From Alphaproteobacteria bacterium (GTDB taxonomy: Bacteria > Pseudomonadota > Alphaproteobacteria > Bin95): a DNA stretch of 64,000 nt. Every line of letters starts with the position of its first letter. The stretch's first letter is position 1. The notes beneath the pieces were generated by a model. That model saw nothing but the letters and a program-made list of their open reading frames with translations. It was not told the DNA's origin and ran no database searches. The position numbers were made by a program, and so were the translations under genes. The stretch covers positions 2,086,205 to 2,150,204 of the forward strand of contig CBDAVA010000003.1 of NCBI GenBank assembly GCA_965200785.1. Reading direction: 5' to 3'. This document shows, one piece after another, positions 37,667 through 48,121 of the stretch.

Positions 37667-39331
37667 ATGCCCGCCCATGCCAATACCATCAGCGGCCGCA
37701 GCGCCTTCCTCGCCGTCCTCAGGGACGAAGGCGTCACGCATCTCTTCGGTAATCCGGGGACGACCGAATTGCCGATCATGCACGCCCTGACCGAACAGAG
37801 CGATCTGGGCTATGTGCTGGGGTTGCAGGAGTCGGTTGTCGTCGCCATGGCGGACGGTTATGCGCGCGCTTCCGGCAAGCTCGCAGCCTGCAATGTCCAT
37901 GTCGCGCCCGGATTGGGCAACGCCATCGGCGCGCTCTACACCGCGTCGCAAAGCGGCTCGCCGATTATCGTGACCGCAGGCCAGCAGGAGCAGGGCCACG
38001 GGCTGACGGAGCCGCTGCTCTACGCCCCGCTCGTCCCGATCGCCGAACCGGTGGTCAAATGGGCGGTGGAGGTATCGCGGATCGAGGACCTGCCGCGCAT
38101 CCTGCGGCGCGCCGCCAAGGTGGCGACCGCGCCGCCGACGGGGCCGGTGTTCATCTCCCTGCCGGGCGACATCCTGAACCGCCACGAGGCTATCGAGCTG
38201 GGCCGGGCGACGCGGGTCGAGTCGCGTGTCCGGCCTTCGGACGCCTTGTTGTCTGCAATAGCGGCCCGTATCGCAGCAGCGGAGAATCCGGTCATCCTGG
38301 CGGGCCACGAGACAGCCACCGGCGGCGCGCTGGAGGAGGCCGGCTGCCTTGCCAGCCTGCTGGGCGCGCCGGTCTATCAGCAAAGTGTGCCGCAGGGCGC
38401 CCATTTTCTCTCGGAGCATCCCTGCTTCATGGGCGCGCTCAGCCGCAGCCAGCCGCAGGTCCGCCAGGCGCTGGCGCCCCACGATGTCATCATCAGCCTC
38501 GGAGCGGACTTCCTGCGCATGTCGGTCTGGAGCGAAACGGACCCGCTGCCGGAGCATCTGGCAGTCATCCAGATCGGTCTGAGAGACTGGGAGCTCGCAA
38601 AGAACTACGCCGCCGAATTCGCCGCGCTCGGCGATGTGCGGGAAACGCTGGCGGCCCTGAACCCGCTGCTGGAAGAGCGGCTCGGCGCAAGCCGGCGGCA
38701 CCGCCCGGCGGCGTTCGCCGGGCAAAACTGGAGCGCCAGACGCGAGGGCGCCCGGGCGGCGCTGGCGGAGGTCTCGGAAGCCGTCGGCCCCATACCGCCC
38801 GACTGGCTTTGCATGTGCCTTGTCGAGGACTTGCCCGAAGACGGCATCATTGTGGACGAAGGGATCACTACCGGCGCGCATCTGCTGGATTTCCTGCCGT
38901 TTCGGGACGCGAACGGCTATTTCGGCAATGTGTCCGGCGGCATCGGCTGGGGCATCGCGGCGGCGGTCGGCGTGCAGATCGCGCAGCCGGAGCGCCGCAC
39001 CGTCGCGCTTGTCGGAGACGGCAGCGCCATGTATTCGATCCAGGCGCTATGGACAGCCGCCAGCGCCCGGCTGCCGGTTGTCTTCGTGATCGCCAATAAT
39101 GGCGGCTACCGCATCCTGAAGGACCGGATGAAGGCGTTTCACGGCAATGACGCGCCGATCGGCATGGACTTCCGGGATCCGCCGATCAACGCTGCGCGTC
39201 TGGCCGAGGGGTTCGGCATGGCGGCGGTGCGGGTGGAGACGCCGGCGGCCTTCCGGCAGGCCTACCGCGATGCGCTCGCAGGCTCCCGGCCGGTTCTGAT
39301 TGAAGCGATGGTCAGCGAATACGGGCGGTAA
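37667..39331 (+). CDS. Thiamine-diphosphate enzyme, benzoylformate decarboxylase / acetolactate synthase large-subunit-like.
   Basis: Three ThDP-enzyme domains are present, with the GDGS…NN ThDP-binding motif (ALVGDGSAMYSIQ…NNGGY). The ATG at 37667 lies within ORF 37538-39331. Confidence 0.8.
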   Translation: MPAHANTISGRSAFLAVLRDEGVTHLFGNPGTTELPIMHALTEQSDLGYVLGLQESVVVAMADGYARASGKLAACNVHVAPGLGNAIGALYTASQSGSPIIVTAGQQEQGHGLTEPLLYAPLVPIAEPVVKWAVEVSRIEDLPRILRRAAKVATAPPTGPVFISLPGDILNRHEAIELGRATRVESRVRPSDALLSAIAARIAAAENPVILAGHETATGGALEEAGCLASLLGAPVYQQSVPQGAHFLSEHPCFMGALSRSQPQVRQALAPHDVIISLGADFLRMSVWSETDPLPEHLAVIQIGLRDWELAKNYAAEFAALGDVRETLAALNPLLEERLGASRRHRPAAFAGQNWSARREGARAALAEVSEAVGPIPPDWLCMCLVEDLPEDGIIVDEGITTGAHLLDFLPFRDANGYFGNVSGGIGWGIAAAVGVQIAQPERRTVALVGDGSAMYSIQALWTAASARLPVVFVIANNGGYRILKDRMKAFHGNDAPIGMDFRDPPINAARLAEGFGMAAVRVETPAAFRQAYRDALAGSRPVLIEAMVSEYGR

Positions 39332-41354
39332 ACACCCGCGCCGCGAGCAACAACAGCAACAGCCCAATGGTGACCAGCAGGCCGTAGCCGATTAGCCGTC
39401 CGGCCTCCGCCAGCCCGGCGAACGCAATGACAGCGCCGGCGATCAGCGGGCCGGCGATGCTTCCGGTGCGCTCCAGCAACCGGAACGCCGCTGTGACGGT
39501 GCCAACGCCGTATGCGGACGCTTCGGACCTGAAAAAGATCGGCAGCGCCGCTATTTGCGGAGTCATCATGAAGGACTGGCCGAGACCGATCAGCGCAACG
39601 CCGCATATCAGGGGCAAGCTGTCGGTCGTGGAAATGAAAAGCAGGCAGCCGGCCGCCACGGAAACCCCGCCGGCCACAATCGCTATGCCGTGACTCTGGA
39701 ACCTGTCCACGAGCAGCGCCGCCGCCTGATTCATCGTCAGCAGCACCAGGAAATAGACCATCATCGCGCGTCCGATAGCGGCGCCGCCCCAACCGATGGA
39801 GTCCAGATAGAGCGGCACCAGGAAGAACAGGAAGCCGGTAAGCACGATGCGCGACGGCACTGTCGAGAGCGCCACGAATGCCAGGAATCTGATGTTTCCG
39901 TAGATTCCTATCCTGCTGCCGCGCGGGCGGACGGCTGTTCTGGCGCCTATGCCCTCATCCGATGACAGGAAGCCGAAAGTGATCACCATGGCGACAAAGA
40001 CGATGGCGGACCCGACGAGGAAGGTGTTCTCATAGCCCAGGCGCTCGCCGAGGATGCCGCCGATTGCTGTCGCGCAGATGCTGCCGCCTCCGGTGGCGGT
40101 CACGAACGCGCCGATATTGAGCGCGCGCCGCTGTCTGGGCGCCGTCGTGGCGAGTCGGACCAGCACGCCCGCAGTCACAAGGCCGAATCCGGACGCCGTC
40201 ACGCACCGCCAGACAATGAGCTCGATGAAGCCGGTCGCGAATGCCGTGGCGACAAGGCCCAGGCTCGTCGGAATCATGCCGATCAGCAGCGTATTCCGTG
40301 CGCCGTACCGGTTAATCATCTTCGGCGCGAGCGGCGTCGTGAACAGCATCGTGACGACCCACACCGACATCGGCATGGCGATCGCGATCGACATGTCGAT
40401 GCCCAGCGACGGGTCATAGAGCTCGCGCACGAAAAGCGGGAAGAAGGGGCGGGAAAGCTCGACGCCGAAGATGAAGAAGAACAGCGGATATTGCACATCT
40501 CCGGCGCGCAGCACCTGGACCGGCCGGTAGGTGTCCGTCTCGGCGAACACCCGGCCTTCCCGCAGCTTCTCCAGCCCCCCGCCGCCGGCTGTGGCCGCCA
40601 ATGCGCGAAAACGCCGGTTGATCTCGACATTGAGGCCGTTCATCGCATCAATGACCCGGCCCAGATCGCCCCATCCCCGGGAGGTCACCACGCCCGAGAA
40701 GTCGCCCTGGCCAACCGCCCGCATCAACTGCCTCATCAGGCCGATGGACCGGGCCACTGTCAGCGACAGCACCAGCAGGGTCAGTTCGAGGACGATCAGA
40801 ATGGCGACGCACAGCGAAATGCCAATGTCGGTGAACATGCCGGCCATCGTGTTCGTCACGTAACGCCGGTCGATCCCGATTATCGCGCTCCCGACCTGCT
40901 TGCCGTCATGGACCAGGGGATGCGAGATGTTGTAGTCGGAGCCGATGGAAATGAAGGTTCCGGCCCAGGCTTCGCCGGCGTTTGCAGCAAACGGGTAGGA
41001 CGCGGCTTCCGCGCCGCCAACCTCCGCCGAAAACAGCACCTTGTTCTCGGGGTCGGTCACTGCGAGATAGGCGACTTCCGGATGGTCGGCCAGCAAGTTC
41101 TTCAGATAGGCGTTGACCCCCCGCAGACTCGCGATCGGAATGTCAAGACTCACAGCCCTGTAGAGGTCGTTGCTGATCGAACGAGCCAGGACATGCGCCT
41201 TTTCCTTGATGACCGGCTCCAGCCTTGCCTCGACAACGCGGAGCGCAATCACGGCGAGAATCGCATTTGCGGCAATCAGGGCCACCACGGCAACTAGACC
41301 GACGTGGATCCCCAGACCCGCCAGGGTCGGAACACCTCGGCTGCGGCGGCTCAC
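39312..41354 (-). CDS. Periplasmic sensor + HAMP module fused to a 12-TM MFS transporter.
   Basis: The N-terminus has a TM helix, a ~150-aa periplasmic domain (…YLKNLLADHPEVAYLAVTDPENKVLFS…) homologous to the three paralogs in this cluster, a second TM helix, and a HAMP-like segment (…GDFSGVVTSRGWGDLGRVIDAMNGLN…). An MFS core follows. The GTG at 41354 overlaps the stop of the upstream stub gene (GTGA). Confidence 0.7.
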   Translation of the reverse strand: MSRRSRGVPTLAGLGIHVGLVAVVALIAANAILAVIALRVVEARLEPVIKEKAHVLARSISNDLYRAVSLDIPIASLRGVNAYLKNLLADHPEVAYLAVTDPENKVLFSAEVGGAEAASYPFAANAGEAWAGTFISIGSDYNISHPLVHDGKQVGSAIIGIDRRYVTNTMAGMFTDIGISLCVAILIVLELTLLVLSLTVARSIGLMRQLMRAVGQGDFSGVVTSRGWGDLGRVIDAMNGLNVEINRRFRALAATAGGGGLEKLREGRVFAETDTYRPVQVLRAGDVQYPLFFFIFGVELSRPFFPLFVRELYDPSLGIDMSIAIAMPMSVWVVTMLFTTPLAPKMINRYGARNTLLIGMIPTSLGLVATAFATGFIELIVWRCVTASGFGLVTAGVLVRLATTAPRQRRALNIGAFVTATGGGSICATAIGGILGERLGYENTFLVGSAIVFVAMVITFGFLSSDEGIGARTAVRPRGSRIGIYGNIRFLAFVALSTVPSRIVLTGFLFFLVPLYLDSIGWGGAAIGRAMMVYFLVLLTMNQAAALLVDRFQSHGIAIVAGGVSVAAGCLLFISTTDSLPLICGVALIGLGQSFMMTPQIAALPIFFRSEASAYGVGTVTAAFRLLERTGSIAGPLIAGAVIAFAGLAEAGRLIGYGLLVTIGLLLLLLAARVFTARIR

Positions 41355-42103
41355 CGGGCGTTCCCTTCGGCGGCGGCCAGCGTCGCCGCGGTTTCCCGCA
41401 CCGTTGCGCTGTAGCCGGCAAGCTCGGCAATATCTGTATCGGCCGGCGTTTCGACTGCGTCCGGCTTGAGGAGGCTCTCCACGCTCTGCTGTATATGCCG
41501 GGCGGTTCTGGCGAGCCGCCAAAGCGCGGCGCCGGTGCCCAGCACCGCCAGCAAACCGCTGGCCAGGAAGATGATGACGGCGGCTTCCACAAGGTCCGTC
41601 GTCAGCCCGTCAACGATGCTGTTGTAGCGCGCTTTGCTGTAGCGAACCGCCACGCCGCCCTCGAGCTTGCCGAAATTGTTGATGACCGGCGCGCCGACGA
41701 CAAAGGACTCCGGGTCTTCGATGCGCCAGACCTGTCCTTCCGCCTCGCGGTTGCCGGCAGTCCAGGCGGCGGGTGTGTCCGCCCCTCCGCCGGCCAGGGC
41801 ATCACCTCCGTGAACAAGCACGCTGCCCTGCGCATCGAAAATGCTGACGGACTGAAGCTCCGGGTAGTCGCTGACCAGCGCATCCACGATGGCGCGGCTT
41901 TCCGCGATGTTCTTGAGCGGCAGCCCGAGGTCCACCGCCTGCCTCAGACGGCCCGAGGTATCCAGCGCGACAACCGAAACCCGGGAATCGTCCAGCCCGC
42001 GCAGTATGTCCCCGAATTTGTGCTGGTTGAGCAGGATCATCAGCGCCATCGTCACCGCAAAGGCGCACAGGAAACCGAGGTTCAGGACGAACAGAAGCCT
42101 CAT
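41351..42103 (-). CDS. Stand-alone periplasmic sensor + TM + HAMP stub protein (paralog family).
   Basis: 250 aa, with TM, a periplasmic domain carrying the DYPELQSVSIFDAQGSVL and VINNFGKLEGG motifs, a second TM, and a short HAMP-like tail. The ATG at 42103 overlaps the TGA of the upstream ATP-grasp gene (ATGA). Confidence 0.6.
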   Translation of the reverse strand: MRLLFVLNLGFLCAFAVTMALMILLNQHKFGDILRGLDDSRVSVVALDTSGRLRQAVDLGLPLKNIAESRAIVDALVSDYPELQSVSIFDAQGSVLVHGGDALAGGGADTPAAWTAGNREAEGQVWRIEDPESFVVGAPVINNFGKLEGGVAVRYSKARYNSIVDGLTTDLVEAAVIIFLASGLLAVLGTGAALWRLARTARHIQQSVESLLKPDAVETPADTDIAELAGYSATVRETAATLAAAEGNAR

Positions 42104-43110
42104 GCCGCCAGCACTCCCTGGCGTTGCAGGCTGTAGCAGAGGAAATGCTCGATCATGGCTGCATGGGATACGCCGGCCGCTTTTGCGCCGACATTCATGG
42201 ACATGCCGGTTGAGAGGTTGCAGGTGACGTTGAATTCGAGCAGGCGGAAGGACCGGTCCGGCGCGACCCGGAAATCGACCCGGAGATAGTCGCAGGGCTG
42301 CACCAATTTCGTGAATGCCACTGCGGCCTGCCTGAGTTCTTCGCAAAGCGGCGCATCGTCGAAAGGCTCCCCGCGCTTCCCCGGATCCAGAAAGCGCTTC
42401 TGGCGCTCGGTCTGCACACCTTCCCGCAAGTCGGAATGATTGGCAACGGGGTGCAGCGCCAGAGGCCCGCCCAGCACCGGCACCGTTACATCGAAGCCCG
42501 GCGCGAGCGCTTCTATCAGCGCCTCCTCGCCAGCGGCCAGAAGCGCCGCCGACCGCTCCCTGGCCTCGGTCCAGCTATCGCATATGGAGCCTTCGTCCAC
42601 ACTCTCGGAGTTGGCGCCGAAACGGGGCTTGACGAAATAGGGTCCGTCGAAGGCCGGAGGTTCGCCCAGGTCGGCTTCGGTGACTGCGACAACACCGTCC
42701 GGCGCGGCAAGGCCGGCGGCGCGCGCCATCAGCTTGGTGATCCACTTGTCTTCAGCCATGGCGCGCACATTCGGCGGGCTGCCGAGATAGGGGACGCCCG
42801 TGCGGGCACAAAGCGATGACACCAGGATCTCCGGGTTGCGGACGGCCTCCCGGTTGTAGATCTGGAAGATGTAGTCGGGCGCCGGGCTGCGGCGCATACG
42901 CGCCTCGAACGCCTCAAGGCTGGCGCAGGGCTCCACCGAGCGCGCCAAACCGCGTAGGACCGAAAGCACTTCGAATTTGGTATAGAGTTCGCGTCCGTAG
43001 ATCGGGTGGACACTGGGCGGCGGCTCGATCCAGTCCTCCGCGTATTTGGCAAGAAACAGGAGATTCAGCGTCCTGCGCCGCTCCGGGTCGATCCGTAACA
43101 GGTTCAACAT
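42100..43110 (-). CDS. ATP-grasp enzyme, D-alanine--D-alanine ligase-like.
   Basis: Ddl-like motifs are present (EDKWITKL, FVKPRFGANSESV, RVDFRV…LLEFNVTCNL). The ATG at 43110 lies within ORF 42100-43293. Confidence 0.7.
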   Translation of the reverse strand: MLNLLRIDPERRRTLNLLFLAKYAEDWIEPPPSVHPIYGRELYTKFEVLSVLRGLARSVEPCASLEAFEARMRRSPAPDYIFQIYNREAVRNPEILVSSLCARTGVPYLGSPPNVRAMAEDKWITKLMARAAGLAAPDGVVAVTEADLGEPPAFDGPYFVKPRFGANSESVDEGSICDSWTEARERSAALLAAGEEALIEALAPGFDVTVPVLGGPLALHPVANHSDLREGVQTERQKRFLDPGKRGEPFDDAPLCEELRQAAVAFTKLVQPCDYLRVDFRVAPDRSFRLLEFNVTCNLSTGMSMNVGAKAAGVSHAAMIEHFLCYSLQRQGVLAA

Positions 43111-43200
43111 CACCAGATACCAACGATGCGGCTCACGCGAAAAGCCCGCTGATGATAGACTGCATTCCGAATCCAAGCAACGTAGTGGACACCGAGTGCC

Positions 43201-44214
43201 ATGTTCCGAGCGCTTCTGCTGGCTTTCACCATCGTAACGGCGGCTGCTCCGGCTGCCCAGGCCGAACCCTTTACGATCTACATGATCGTGCATCGTGCAG
43301 GTTCAGGCGCCGACGCCGGTTTTCGCGACTATCTCGAGGCGAACGGTGTCGAAGCAACCTTCATTCTCCGGGATATGGAGAACGATCGGTCGCGCCTGCC
43401 CGGCTATATCGAGGAGATCAAGGCGATCAAGCCCGATCTGATCTATGCTCAGACCACCTCCGTGACGCGTGCCGTTGTCGGCCGGCTTGAGGAAGCCGAC
43501 CCGGAGAAGCATGTTCTCGACATTCCCGTCGTGTTCGCGATGGTCTCCTTTCCAGGCAGGTCGAAGCTGGTGCCGGTCGATCCCGATCCGACGGCGCCGA
43601 TGCTGTCGAAGCGCAATCTGACGGGCGCCCGGCATGTGGTGTCGAACATGGTGCGGCTGAATGCGATGCGCACATACATGTCGTTCGAGAAGCTCGGCAT
43701 GCTCTACGACAAGAGTTCAGGCGCCCAGCGTCGCTCGGAAGCCGCCATGCGCGCCCTGGCGGAGGAAGCCGGCATCGAATTCGTATCAGACAGTCCGACC
43801 GAACCGGACGTGGAACGGGACCCGGGGCAGATTGAGCCGACACTCCAGCGCCTCAAGGATGCAGGGGTCGATTTCCTGTATATCCCCCCGTCCAACTTCT
43901 TCGGTGCCCATGCCGAGCTCGTAACGCAGATTGCGACTGATCTGAAAATGCCTACCTTTTGCGGCGTGGAAACGTTAATCCGGCAGCATTGCATGACCGG
44001 ACTGGTGAGCCCGCTCTATGCCGTAGGTCAGTTCGCTGCCTTCAAGGCCGAGCAGATACTCATCGACGGCAAGGACCCTGGTGAAATCCCGATCGAAACA
44101 CTGTCGCGGTTTTCCTTTGTTATCAACATGGAGACCGCACACAAACTTAAGGTGTATCCGCCAATGGAGATATTGCGCTTTGCTCAGTTCATCAAGACTG
44201 GGGTGGACTCTTGA
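43201..44214 (+). CDS. Periplasmic substrate-binding protein (ABC_sub_bind / PF04392-like), with no adjacent permease or ATPase.
   Basis: Signal peptide and a two-lobe SBP-like sequence, transcribed divergently from ATP-grasp 1. Confidence 0.6.
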   Translation: MFRALLLAFTIVTAAAPAAQAEPFTIYMIVHRAGSGADAGFRDYLEANGVEATFILRDMENDRSRLPGYIEEIKAIKPDLIYAQTTSVTRAVVGRLEEADPEKHVLDIPVVFAMVSFPGRSKLVPVDPDPTAPMLSKRNLTGARHVVSNMVRLNAMRTYMSFEKLGMLYDKSSGAQRRSEAAMRALAEEAGIEFVSDSPTEPDVERDPGQIEPTLQRLKDAGVDFLYIPPSNFFGAHAELVTQIATDLKMPTFCGVETLIRQHCMTGLVSPLYAVGQFAAFKAEQILIDGKDPGEIPIETLSRFSFVINMETAHKLKVYPPMEILRFAQFIKTGVDS

Positions 44215-45239
44215 TTGCCTTGAAGCGTTTGGACAAGGTCAGACGTGCAGCCCTTCGAGTATTGTATTTGGCGCCGCATGCGCCTTCGACTGATAGTGTG
44301 CGCCCTCCAGCAATTCATCCCGATTACGGCGTGCAGCCTGCTTATCAATACGAAATGTGGGATATCCTCCACAACGAGTTAGGTCTGGATGTTGATAGCC
44401 GATCAGATCTTGGAAGTTTGCCGGAGGCCTTCGAGGGTCGAAATTACGTCTTCTCCCTCTACAACATTGCGCCTTTTCGCAATTCGGAAATTTATGTTTC
44501 GGCGCTGACCGCCAAGGCCGGCATCGCGGGCCTTGGCGCGCCGCCGAATATCCGCGCATTGGCTGAAGACAAGTGGCTCTCCAAGCTCGCGGCGCAAGCC
44601 ATCGGCATACGGACCCCGAACGGAGCGATATTCGGGCCGGGCGACCCGGTGGAATGCCCCGCCTTTGACGGTCCTTACATTGCGAAGCCGCGGTTTGGCG
44701 CGGCTTCGACAGGTATTGACACCAACAGCGCCCAGGCGAATTTCAGCGCTTTGGCGGGCCGCGTGGCGGCGCTTGGAGCCAGCGTCGATGAATGTCTGGT
44801 CGAACAGGTCTTCGGGACGTTCGACGTAACGGTGCCGGTTCTGGTCGGCGATGACGGGCCGGTCGCCCTGCCCGCTGCCACCCAGACCGCCAGTGGTCCA
44901 TATGGTATCTTCACGCATCGCCAGAAGCGCAAGATCGATCCCGGTATGACAAGGGAATTTCCGGCGAAAGATTGCTGCTTGGAGACCATTATCGAGGACG
45001 CGCTCCGCTTTGCGCGGCTGGCGACGCCGTATGACTATATTCGCTGTGACTTCCGGGTTGGTTCCGAAGGCCACGCTTTCCTCGAGTTCAATGTCGCTTG
45101 CTCGATTGGCAGCGCCATGGCATTCGCCCAATCGGCGGCGACAGTGGGAATACCCGTGGAGGCATTGGTAGAGCACATTCTGGCCACCAGCCTCGACCGG
45201 CAGTGGGGTCACGGCGTGTCCGAACCGCCGCCCAGGTAA
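44211..45239 (+). CDS. ATP-grasp enzyme, Ddl-like paralog of the 42100-43110 product.
   Basis: Its N-terminus aligns with ATP-grasp 1 (IALKRLDKVRRAALRVLYLA vs LNLLRIDPERRRTLNLLFLA) and it shares EDKWLSKL, KPRFGAAS and RCDFRV…LEFNV. A TTG start overlaps the upstream stop. Confidence 0.7.
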   Translation: MIALKRLDKVRRAALRVLYLAPHAPSTDSVRPPAIHPDYGVQPAYQYEMWDILHNELGLDVDSRSDLGSLPEAFEGRNYVFSLYNIAPFRNSEIYVSALTAKAGIAGLGAPPNIRALAEDKWLSKLAAQAIGIRTPNGAIFGPGDPVECPAFDGPYIAKPRFGAASTGIDTNSAQANFSALAGRVAALGASVDECLVEQVFGTFDVTVPVLVGDDGPVALPAATQTASGPYGIFTHRQKRKIDPGMTREFPAKDCCLETIIEDALRFARLATPYDYIRCDFRVGSEGHAFLEFNVACSIGSAMAFAQSAATVGIPVEALVEHILATSLDRQWGHGVSEPPPR

Positions 45240-48121
45240 CGGACCGCCACTGTGGTGATGTCGTCGCTCTGCTCGACTCCGGTCGAGAACACCTCGACCG
45301 ACTCCCGCATGGCATTGCAGATCGCCGAGGGGGGCTGGCCGGCAAGGGATAACAGTTCGGCTTCCAGGCGCGGTTCGCCATATTGCTCGCCGGCTGCGTT
45401 GAAGGCTTCGTTCACCCCGTCGGTGTAAAGGAACAGCGTTTCTCCGGGCTCCAGCGCGGTTTCGCCTTCGCTGAAATGGAAGCCCGGCATAATGGCCAGA
45501 GCCAGCCCTGTATCCATCGGCAGGGTCGAAAGCTGCCCCTCGCAGTCGATCCGATATGTCGGGTTATGCCCGGCATTGGCGAAGGCGACGCGCCCGGTTC
45601 CGGTGTCAATAACCGCATAGAACGCGGTAACAAACATCATCTGCTCGTTTTCCGCCTCCAGCATGTCGTTCAACGCCGTCAGCACCTTGCCCGGCGACTC
45701 GCCGGCAAGCGCCGTGGCCTTGAGCAGGGTGCGCGCGATCAGCATGAAAAATGCGGCCGGAATGCCCTTGCCGGATACATCCGCAACAACCAGTCCGATG
45801 CGGTGTTCGTCGATCGCAAAATAATCATAGAAGTCGCCGCCCACTTCCTTGGCCGGCACCATCTGGGCGGCGATCTCGACGGTGCGCTGGGGCGGCGTCT
45901 CGCGCGGCAGCACGGAGAGTTGCAGGTCGTGGGCGATCGACAATTCGCTTTCGATCACCGCCAGGCGTTCCTTGTGCTTGAGCGCCTCGCGGAGTTCCTC
46001 GATCAGTTCCGTCAAACGGCCATGCTGCTCGCGAATGCGCTGCGCCATCTGCTCGAAAACGAGCGTCAATGCCTCGAATTCGTCGCTGGCGCCTTCCTGC
46101 TCCAGCTGTGTGAGCTGGTCGGTGACCGCTTGCCGGGCGTCCTCGCCGACTGTTGAGGTCAGGCTCGACATCTGCCCGCGCAGAAACCGCTCGCGCCGCC
46201 TTTGCGCGCGGCGGCGCTCGGCCGACAACCGCTCCACTTCATCCAGGGAACTGCGATAGGCCGCGACCGCCTTGGCGATGCGTGCAATTTCGTCCGAGCC
46301 GGTCGCCTGATCGATCCAGACGCCGCGCCGGCCTTCGGCCAGCGCCTCCAGCACGCGGATGACCCGATCCAGCGGCTGAAAGGAGCCGCGCAAATGCGCA
46401 TAAAGGCCCCAAAGGGCAATGCACGCAAAGATCGCCGCAGCGCCTAAAGACGCGAATCGCATCGTTTGCTGACGCGCGACCAGTTCGGTGATGTCGACCG
46501 CAACATGCAGCGCAGCAAGGCGCCCGCCATTGAGGGCGGGAATGTCGATTTTGGTCGTCGCATAATCGCCGTCGTCGTCGGCGAGGCGCTGCCAGAGCGG
46601 CGGGTCGGAGCCGAAGATCAGCCCCCTTTCGCTCCCGACCAGAAAGGCGTCGCCTCCGAGCACCGCTCCAGCGTCCAGCACCGCCGAGGTCAGCGGGATA
46701 CTCGCGGCGACGACCAGAACATCGCCCCGGTCAGGGTCTCCGAGAATCTCGGCAACCGTCCAGACAGGCTGGCCGTCGGCGTCGATATCGCCGCCGCTTA
46801 CGCGCATTCCGGAATCCACGACCCGCTTTGCCACACGCGGCGACAAGGGGTTGCGGCCAACAAACAGGCGCTCTGTTCCTTCGGACGGATCGAACGTCAC
46901 CAGTCGATCCAGCCCGTTTCGGGTGGCGGCGTCCTGGATCAACCGCGTGGCGCGCAAGCTGTTGCCGACGAGCAGCGCGAGGCGAATGCCGTCATTCGCG
47001 CGCAACGCGGCAAGCTGGTGCGCGACCGTATCCGTCTCGCGCTGCGAGAGGGTCTTCCAGACTGTTTTCAGGGCCGTCTGGCGGTCGTCATTGTAGCTTT
47101 CGGCCAGCAGGCGCTCCCGGACGATACTGCCATAACCGAGGGCGACCGCCACCAGCAGCCCGAGCAGGCTGACAATCAGCGTCAGACGGACATGAATCGA
47201 AACATTCCTGCCGACATTCCCGACGGCGCTTGGCGGCGCCGGAGCAATATCGCGAAAAGCGGGCTCGAGTCGTTCGACCAGTCCGCGGCGGATCTGCTCC
47301 AGGGCGCTGCGCACGGTCCGGCCGACTGCGGCGTCCCGGGCGTCCTCGACATGGTCCATGACGGCGTCATAACGCCCTCTGAGGCCGCGCAGAACGGCAT
47401 TGAACTGTCGGACCGCCGCACCGATCTCGTCCTGGAGTCCGAGATCGTCAAGCAATGACGGCCGACCTTCGCCAGCCTCGACAAGGCCCCGCTCCAGACG
47501 CCGCAGTCGACGGGTGACACGCAGCATCGCGAACAGCACCGTCAGAAAACCGGCTGCTGCGCCAACGCCGGCGGCGACCACAAAATCCGGCCAGTTGCGA
47601 TTCAGGACATGCTTGACGAAATCCCGCTCGACCGCGACATGCAACAGGCCCCGGGGCGCCGCCGCCGGGCCTATGGGGCGGATATCGACGGAGAAATCTC
47701 CAACCGTGTGGCGGTTTCTGACCTCCACCACGCCTCCGGCCCGGCGCCTCTCCTCGAATACCGTGCCCGCAGACTCCAGAACCGCCTCAAGCCCGTTGCG
47801 CGAAACACCGCTGTAATACACCGGCTCCTTGTCCGGGGTGGTCACGGCAATGAACCGGATATCCGGATTCTCATCCAGAAAACGCTGGAAGAACGGTTCG
47901 ACGCCCCGAATTTCCTCAAGAGGAATGCCGACTTCGGCGGCGTGTTCGAACTCGACCTTCATTGCCTGGCCGACCGCCAACGCCTTGCGGTCGAGCTCTT
48001 CCGCCAGGGGTGTCTCAGCCCACCAGTAGAACACGGCCGCCGTCGCGCCCGCCTGGAAGAGCGCGACGACGACGGCGGCGGCGCACGCCTTCCATCCGAG
48101 CATGCGGTAGAAGCGGTTCAC
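45209..48121 (-). CDS. Membrane-bound PP2C-type (SpoIIE/RsbU family) serine phosphatase with two periplasmic sensor regions and HAMP linkers.
   Basis: The first periplasmic domain (…FFQRFLDENPDIRFIAVTTPDKEPVYYSG…) is homologous to the other three sensor modules. Two TM pairs, HAMP segments and coiled coils follow, and the C-terminus carries the PP2C motifs GGDFYDYF, DVSGKGIPAA, NAGHNP and YTDG. The GTG at 48121 overlaps the upstream stub stop (GTGA). Confidence 0.8.
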   Translation of the reverse strand: MNRFYRMLGWKACAAAVVVALFQAGATAAVFYWWAETPLAEELDRKALAVGQAMKVEFEHAAEVGIPLEEIRGVEPFFQRFLDENPDIRFIAVTTPDKEPVYYSGVSRNGLEAVLESAGTVFEERRRAGGVVEVRNRHTVGDFSVDIRPIGPAAAPRGLLHVAVERDFVKHVLNRNWPDFVVAAGVGAAAGFLTVLFAMLRVTRRLRRLERGLVEAGEGRPSLLDDLGLQDEIGAAVRQFNAVLRGLRGRYDAVMDHVEDARDAAVGRTVRSALEQIRRGLVERLEPAFRDIAPAPPSAVGNVGRNVSIHVRLTLIVSLLGLLVAVALGYGSIVRERLLAESYNDDRQTALKTVWKTLSQRETDTVAHQLAALRANDGIRLALLVGNSLRATRLIQDAATRNGLDRLVTFDPSEGTERLFVGRNPLSPRVAKRVVDSGMRVSGGDIDADGQPVWTVAEILGDPDRGDVLVVAASIPLTSAVLDAGAVLGGDAFLVGSERGLIFGSDPPLWQRLADDDGDYATTKIDIPALNGGRLAALHVAVDITELVARQQTMRFASLGAAAIFACIALWGLYAHLRGSFQPLDRVIRVLEALAEGRRGVWIDQATGSDEIARIAKAVAAYRSSLDEVERLSAERRRAQRRRERFLRGQMSSLTSTVGEDARQAVTDQLTQLEQEGASDEFEALTLVFEQMAQRIREQHGRLTELIEELREALKHKERLAVIESELSIAHDLQLSVLPRETPPQRTVEIAAQMVPAKEVGGDFYDYFAIDEHRIGLVVADVSGKGIPAAFFMLIARTLLKATALAGESPGKVLTALNDMLEAENEQMMFVTAFYAVIDTGTGRVAFANAGHNPTYRIDCEGQLSTLPMDTGLALAIMPGFHFSEGETALEPGETLFLYTDGVNEAFNAAGEQYGEPRLEAELLSLAGQPPSAICNAMRESVEVFSTGVEQSDDITTVAVRYLGGGSDTP